Positions 59,328-64,000 of a stretch of DNA of 64,000 bases are shown piece after piece. The stretch comes from Thermodesulfobacteriota bacterium (lineage in GTDB: Bacteria > Desulfobacterota_D > UBA1144). Location: positions 39,273 through 103,272 of the forward strand of contig JAQWMJ010000006.1 of the NCBI GenBank assembly GCA_029246845.1, written 5' to 3'. The notes beneath the pieces were generated by a model. That model was not told where the DNA came from and did no database searches. It worked only from the letters and a program-made list of their open reading frames with translations. Position numbers and translations under genes: made by a program. Each line of letters opens with the position of its first letter. Position 1 is the first letter of the stretch.

Positions 59328-60494
59328 ATGGCAAATTTAAGAGATGTATATATTATAGGAGTTGGTCAAACATCATGTGGAAAGTTTCCAACGCAAGCTG
59401 CTCACATGTTAGGTCGAGAAGCAACGTGGGCTGCTATTAAAGATTCAGGTATTCATGCAAGAGACATAGAAATAGGTTTTTGTGGCCACGTCTACCAAGG
59501 CATGGGAGTGGGCCAGCGAACCTTAAAAGATATAGGGCTTGTTGGTCAACCAGTTATAAACGTTGAAGGTGCTTGTGGAAGTGGAACGCTCTCTTTCTGG
59601 GAAGCGTGGAGAACTATTGCATATGGTCAGCACGATGTAGCTTTGGCTTGGGGGGTAGAAAACCTAAGTAAAATAATGTCAGGAGGCCCTCTTCCTTTAG
59701 AAGAAGATGATATTGAAGTAGCGCTCGGAATGAGCATGCCGGGCCTTTATGCTATGAGAGCAAAAAAGTATTTAGATGAGTATGGTGTTTCTGCTGAAAC
59801 ATTAGCAAAAGTAGTTGTTAAGAGTAGAAAACATGCAGCTAAAAACCCAATAGCTCAATTTAGAAAGGAAACTACGGTCGAACAAGTTTTAAATGACCCG
59901 CTTATTGCCGACCCTTTAACTAGAAGCATGTGTTGCCCTGTCGGAGACGCCTCTGCAGCAGCTGTTCTAGTTGACGGTGAAACATTGAAAAGAATCAAAA
60001 GAGATACTTCGAGAATGCCTATTAAAGTTCTAGGTTGTATTGCCCAGTCTGGGGGATATGCCTCTGCTACTGGTTTGACTTGTGATCCGTCAGAAAATGT
60101 TAAAAGAACATCTGAAATGGCTTATGAACAAGCAGGATTAGGACCAAAAGACATGGATACAGTTGAAATTCACGATGCTTTTGCAATTGCAGAGCTTATA
60201 GTCGCTGAGGCACTTGGTTTTGCTAAAAAAGGCGAAGGTGCAAGACTAATAGAAGAAGGAAAATCGAACTACGATGGAGAAATTGCTATTAATGCTAGTG
60301 GAGGGCTTCTTTCAAGAGGACATCCAGTGGGAGCTACAGGTCTACTTCAAACTGTAGAGATAGTTAATCAACTTAGGGGTGAAGCAACTGGATATCAGGT
60401 GCCTGACGCTAAGATCGGATTGATTGAAACAATGGGTGGGGCACAACCCGCAATGGACGGCATCACATGTGTCGTTAGTATTTTAGGAAAATAA
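59328..60494 (+). CDS. SCP2/SCP-x-type thiolase family protein
   Basis: NVEGACGSG, CCPVGD...A, EIHDAF and SGGLLSRGHPVGATG motifs. Confidence 0.92.
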   Translation: MANLRDVYIIGVGQTSCGKFPTQAAHMLGREATWAAIKDSGIHARDIEIGFCGHVYQGMGVGQRTLKDIGLVGQPVINVEGACGSGTLSFWEAWRTIAYGQHDVALAWGVENLSKIMSGGPLPLEEDDIEVALGMSMPGLYAMRAKKYLDEYGVSAETLAKVVVKSRKHAAKNPIAQFRKETTVEQVLNDPLIADPLTRSMCCPVGDASAAAVLVDGETLKRIKRDTSRMPIKVLGCIAQSGGYASATGLTCDPSENVKRTSEMAYEQAGLGPKDMDTVEIHDAFAIAELIVAEALGFAKKGEGARLIEEGKSNYDGEIAINASGGLLSRGHPVGATGLLQTVEIVNQLRGEATGYQVPDAKIGLIETMGGAQPAMDGITCVVSILGK

Positions 60495-60518
60495 CACTAA
60501 TTAAACAGGAGTTTTATA

Positions 60519-60929
60519 ATGAGTGATAATGACGAAAGAAGAGTTTTACATGCTGAATTTTTTACTGAAGATCCCGAACCGCGTTTAATCGCGGGCAAAT
60601 CGAAGTCATCCGGAAACTGGACTTTCCCCCCTTATTTGGCAGATCCAGTTAGTTTTACAGATGATGTTGAACACACACAGTTGCCTAGGAACGGAGTCTT
60701 ACATTCTTTTACAATAGTTAGAAGAAGCCTGCCTGATTTTACTGTTCCATTTGGCCTTGGTCTCATTGATTTTCCTGACCAAAAAGTAAGAGTAATGGCA
60801 CAAGTTGAGGCGGATGACCTAGAAAATGACCTAGAATTAGGGATGGAAGTTGAAACGATAATAGGAGTAGTCAGAAAAGCAAAAGATGGCTCAGACATTT
60901 ATTCATATAAATTCAGACCAGCAAAATAG
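60519..60929 (+). CDS. DUF35 (ChsH2-like) OB-fold partner of thiolase, Zn-ribbon cysteines absent
   Basis: G...FPP, G.LHSFTIV, P..LGLI, L.LGM.V and Y.FRP motifs; directly follows the thiolase. Confidence 0.85.
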   Translation: MSDNDERRVLHAEFFTEDPEPRLIAGKSKSSGNWTFPPYLADPVSFTDDVEHTQLPRNGVLHSFTIVRRSLPDFTVPFGLGLIDFPDQKVRVMAQVEADDLENDLELGMEVETIIGVVRKAKDGSDIYSYKFRPAK

Positions 60930-60956
60930 AAATAAACCCATTTCTAGTTAAAGTTA

Positions 60957-61001
60957 TTGCAAAAAAAAGTGAAATTCTGTACTATTATGAAGTTCACTTT
61001 T
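60957..61001 (+). promoter_or_regulatory. Promoter with a 13-bp inverted repeat straddling the -10 box
   Basis: TTGCAA-17-TACTAT. Arms AAAAGTGAAATTC (60965-60977) and GAAGTTCACTTTT (60989-61001) are 12/13 complementary. Confidence 0.55.
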
Positions 61002-61041
61002 AATTAAGTAAGACTAAAATTATCAAAGGAGGAATAATTTT

Positions 61042-61857
61042 ATGGCTTTAAATTATGAAAGCGTAGACTTTATAAAAGTTTTAGGCGAAAGACGTTCTTG
61101 CAGATTTTATGATCCAGAAAGAGCAGTTGAAGTCGAAAAGATTCAAGCTATATGTCAGGCAGCGAGGAATGCTTCACATATGGGTAACGCTAACTGTATA
61201 ACAGTTACTCAGGTTACAAAACAGGAAACTAAAGATGAGTTCACTAAAATAGTTTCTGCATTTAACATTCCAATGGCAAAAATGGCTCCAGTAAGCTTAG
61301 TTTTTGCATTAGATAGAGACAAGTGGTACAACGGCTTACCAGTTGGTCTTCCAATTTTATTTAAACAGGGTGGCGTAAACCCAAGTCATGGATGGAGTAT
61401 GGATAATATTGAAAACTCAACTCTTCCAAGACTTACTACTTTTCCACCAGAAGTTGTTAGCTATCTTCTTTCTTGCGAAACAGGTATGGCTATGGCATCA
61501 GCACAGCTGATGGCTACAGCTCTAGGATTAGGTAGTTGTTGTTATGCTGGTCAAGGACCAAAGATTGCTGAAGTTTTAGGTTTCCCTGATACTGCTCAAT
61601 TTGTTTGGGCTATGGCAATTGGATATCCTGGAGAGTCAGTTGAGTCAATGGGATGGAGAGAAAGATCACCTTATGGCGACATTATATTCGCAGAAAAATT
61701 TGGTACTCCTGCTATTGCTGATCCAGCTGTAGATGCAGAGCTTACAAGTCTTGGAATGATGGGTGAACCATCTGCTCTAACTCCGCAGAGACTTGCAGAT
61801 ATTAATGAAGCTGCAACAAAAATGGGTCTTCCAACAAGAACAGACGAAAATGGTTAA
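61042..61857 (+). CDS. Nitroreductase-family flavoprotein
   Basis: RRSCRFY, A..AS..GN and TGMA....QL.ATALGLGSC...IGYP motifs; strong SD AAGGAGG. Confidence 0.85.
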   Translation: MALNYESVDFIKVLGERRSCRFYDPERAVEVEKIQAICQAARNASHMGNANCITVTQVTKQETKDEFTKIVSAFNIPMAKMAPVSLVFALDRDKWYNGLPVGLPILFKQGGVNPSHGWSMDNIENSTLPRLTTFPPEVVSYLLSCETGMAMASAQLMATALGLGSCCYAGQGPKIAEVLGFPDTAQFVWAMAIGYPGESVESMGWRERSPYGDIIFAEKFGTPAIADPAVDAELTSLGMMGEPSALTPQRLADINEAATKMGLPTRTDENG

Positions 61858-61872
61858 TTTTAAATCAATTTT

Positions 61873-61899
61873 AGGAAGGGCCTAGGCCCTTCCTTTTTT
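61873..61899 (+). terminator. Rho-independent terminator
   Basis: AGGAAGGGC-CTAG-GCCCTTCCT followed by TTTTT, 16 nt after the nitroreductase stop. Confidence 0.88.
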
Positions 61900-61903
61900 C
61901 CTT

Positions 61904-62674
61904 ATGAGTTTAGAACAAAAAATAGAAGAGCTCTGCAATTTAATTTTAAAACATAGAAATGCAATTGTTTTTACAGGTGCCGGTATTAGTACAGAGTCTG
62001 GCATACCAGACTATCGCTCACCTGGTTCAGGAGCTTGGGAGAAGTATGATTCATCTATAGTTTCAATTCCAGGTTTTCTTCAAGATCCAACTCAGTATTA
62101 TGATTATGCCTTAGAGATGTATCCAATTAGGGCAAACGCCAAACCTAATGCTGCACATATTATATTGGCTAAAATGGAAAAAGCAGGACTAATTCAAGGT
62201 GTTATAACTCAAAATGTTGATGGTCTTCATTTAACTGCAGGCAATGTAAATGTTCATGAGTTGCATGGGTCAATTAGACAAGCTAGCTGTCTTGAGTGTG
62301 GTCAGGTATCCATGATGGATGAAATTATTGAAAGAGTCAGGCATGGGGAGAACCCCCCGATTTGTAAAGATTTTGAAGGCCAGCCTTGCAATGGTCTAAT
62401 CAAACCAACAGCAGTTTTTTTTGGTGAAGGCCTCCCTACAAGACCCTGGACTTCTTCTGTCGACAAATGCAAGGAAACATCTTTAATGATAGTTATTGGG
62501 TCTTCTCTCCAAGTCTCACCTGCAAACAGCCTTCCAGATGTAGCCCTAAAAACAGGTTCTGATCTCGCAATAATTGATTTGCTGGATACCCCTTTCGATT
62601 CAAGGGCTAATTTAAAGATTCAGGACAGAGCAGTGCATGTGGCCGAGCTTTTAGAGGCATTTTTAAATCTATAA
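61904..62674 (+). CDS. cobB: NAD-dependent protein deacylase (sirtuin)
   Basis: TGAGISTESGIPDYR, ITQNVDGLH, ELHGS, CxxC and GSSLQV.PA motifs. Confidence 0.92.
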   Translation: MSLEQKIEELCNLILKHRNAIVFTGAGISTESGIPDYRSPGSGAWEKYDSSIVSIPGFLQDPTQYYDYALEMYPIRANAKPNAAHIILAKMEKAGLIQGVITQNVDGLHLTAGNVNVHELHGSIRQASCLECGQVSMMDEIIERVRHGENPPICKDFEGQPCNGLIKPTAVFFGEGLPTRPWTSSVDKCKETSLMIVIGSSLQVSPANSLPDVALKTGSDLAIIDLLDTPFDSRANLKIQDRAVHVAELLEAFLNL

Positions 62675-62866
62675 TGTCAAAATTTAAGCTTTAAACACGA
62701 CTATTAATCTAGACATAAATATTTTTTAAAATTAATGATTGACTATTTTCTTATTATTTGAGTTAATTAATATAACGGGGTGTAAGAGCTTAATTTAACA
62801 ATAAAGGTTTTACACCAAATAAAACTACCCTACACGCGCAAATTTCAATAAAGGAGGTCTCACATT

Positions 62867-63838
62867 ATGCCAAGTCATCTTAATGTAGACACAAAGTATT
62901 GGACTCTCACAGACGAGATTCCAGCACCACCAGTTGAAAGAGACATCAAGTCATGGATTATCGGAAACCCTTCCGATCCTCTATGGGATATCGATGTTCT
63001 TCCTTTAACTTATTCAGATTCAAGATGGTCCGCATTTGTGCTTGATGTTGACGCAGCAACTAGACAAAGACTATGTCCAAACCCACCCCTTACAGTATGG
63101 GATGGCGACGACGCAGAACTTGTTGAGTACTGGTACGTACAACACAACAACACAATGTTAGGTCCATATTTAGAGTTCGGAGTAACTATCTCTGCTACTC
63201 ATACAGACGCTAAAGGTAATACATGGAAAGCTGGTTACTATCCATATATGTATCTTACTTCTGATTCCGCGGTTGACGCAGGACGTGTTTTAGGTTTCCC
63301 TAAAAAAATGTCTTACATCCGTTGTACAGAACATGGCGGCGAAAAAGGAGACGATTTCTTCGGTTTTTCAATGACAAGAAATGGTTACCTAATGTGTGCA
63401 CAACAAGGTAAATATGATGATGCACCAGTTAAACCACCATATTTTTATGGAAAAACAGACTGGGGTAAATTCAACATGAAAGTTATCACACGTCCTGACG
63501 TTGCAAGTTCAGAATGGCAGTTAACATATCTTCCATCTAAACTTCCACCTGCATTTAATGTAGAAGGACACAGGTTCCAAATCAAAAATGAGCTTACTAG
63601 AACAGCTTCTGGCGATGCCATTGACTGGTTCCAACAAGCTACACCATTTGATAACATGGGCGCAGAATTAAAAGTAAACGAAGTTAAAGGTTTAATTTCA
63701 TTTACATTTGATTTAGTTATCCCTCCAGCTGAAGTAGCATGGTCAGAAACATACGAAAGACCTGCAAGCTATAGAGGATATGCAACACCATATCAGTATG
63801 GTTTAAGACAACAGTTCCCAATACACCAAGGTGCATAG
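62867..63838 (+). CDS. Acetoacetate-decarboxylase-like superfamily protein
   Basis: GPYLEFGV and AGRVLGFPKK (Schiff-base Lys motif of the ADC fold); strong SD AAGGAGG. Confidence 0.75.
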   Translation: MPSHLNVDTKYWTLTDEIPAPPVERDIKSWIIGNPSDPLWDIDVLPLTYSDSRWSAFVLDVDAATRQRLCPNPPLTVWDGDDAELVEYWYVQHNNTMLGPYLEFGVTISATHTDAKGNTWKAGYYPYMYLTSDSAVDAGRVLGFPKKMSYIRCTEHGGEKGDDFFGFSMTRNGYLMCAQQGKYDDAPVKPPYFYGKTDWGKFNMKVITRPDVASSEWQLTYLPSKLPPAFNVEGHRFQIKNELTRTASGDAIDWFQQATPFDNMGAELKVNEVKGLISFTFDLVIPPAEVAWSETYERPASYRGYATPYQYGLRQQFPIHQGA

Positions 63839-63869
63839 GGATTAATTAAATTTTAAGGAGAAAATAATC

Positions 63870-64000
63870 ATGGGAAAACAAGCAAACGAATATAGCTATC
63901 CATGGCTCGAAGAAGGAGAAGTTCCACCATTACCACTTGATAGAGATAGAATTCATATTATCTCTCAGGGTGTAGCTGATCCAGTTTTCGACTATGATAT
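63870..64000 (+). CDS. Paralog of the upstream ADC-like protein, N-terminal part (runs off the window)
   Basis: MGKQANEYSYPWLEEGEVPPLPLDRDRIHIISQGVADPVFDYD aligns with W...EIPAPPVERD...SDPLWDID of the 62867 protein; SD AAGGAG. Confidence 0.7.
   Translation, partial: MGKQANEYSYPWLEEGEVPPLPLDRDRIHIISQGVADPVFDYD

Noticed and set aside
2375..63657. The many 60-145 aa ORFs antisense or out of frame to larger genes (e.g. 2375-2653, 25668-26039, 47849-48286, 55406-55798)
   Set aside because: They are nested in well-conserved genes, have no recognisable motifs, and are best explained as shadow ORFs.
1..64000. CRISPR arrays, prophage, transposases, defence systems, rRNA, inteins, selenocysteine or frameshifted genes
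   Set aside because: None seen. Every long ORF is intact and assignable to housekeeping or metabolic families, and intergenic spaces are too short.

Overview
AT-rich, very densely packed bacterial chromosome segment. It contains the replication origin (hisG-oriC-dnaA-oriC-dnaN) and about 55 mostly housekeeping genes: translation (thrS-infC-rpmI-rplT, leuS, mnmG, prmC), two tRNAs, purine/His/Ser/Lys/Phe/Tyr/Pro/NAD/pABA biosynthesis, repair (uvrA, xth), glnD and korAB. It also has F420-related genes (cofC, npdG) and several acyl-CoA/lipid catabolism genes. My impression, untested, is a streamlined Deltaproteobacteria-like lineage such as Ca. Dadabacteria. I saw no CRISPR, prophage, IS or rRNA. 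The most striking unannotated signal is the ~300-nt minus-strand leader at 16783-17087. It holds a sigma70 promoter, a SAM-II/SAM-V-type pseudoknot riboswitch, a GC-rich hairpin, a 29-aa leader peptide with two CCC blocks and a second hairpin. These lie upstream of a rhodanese (SseA/CysA2-like), a SufU-like gene and a SagB-like flavoprotein, suggesting a tandem SAM + cysteine sensor. Other signals: apparently widespread leaderless transcription, an AUA-start infC, a bipartite oriC with DnaA-trios, a catalytically dead UDG-like protein, a Zn-less DUF35, and tandem acetoacetate-decarboxylase-like paralogs.
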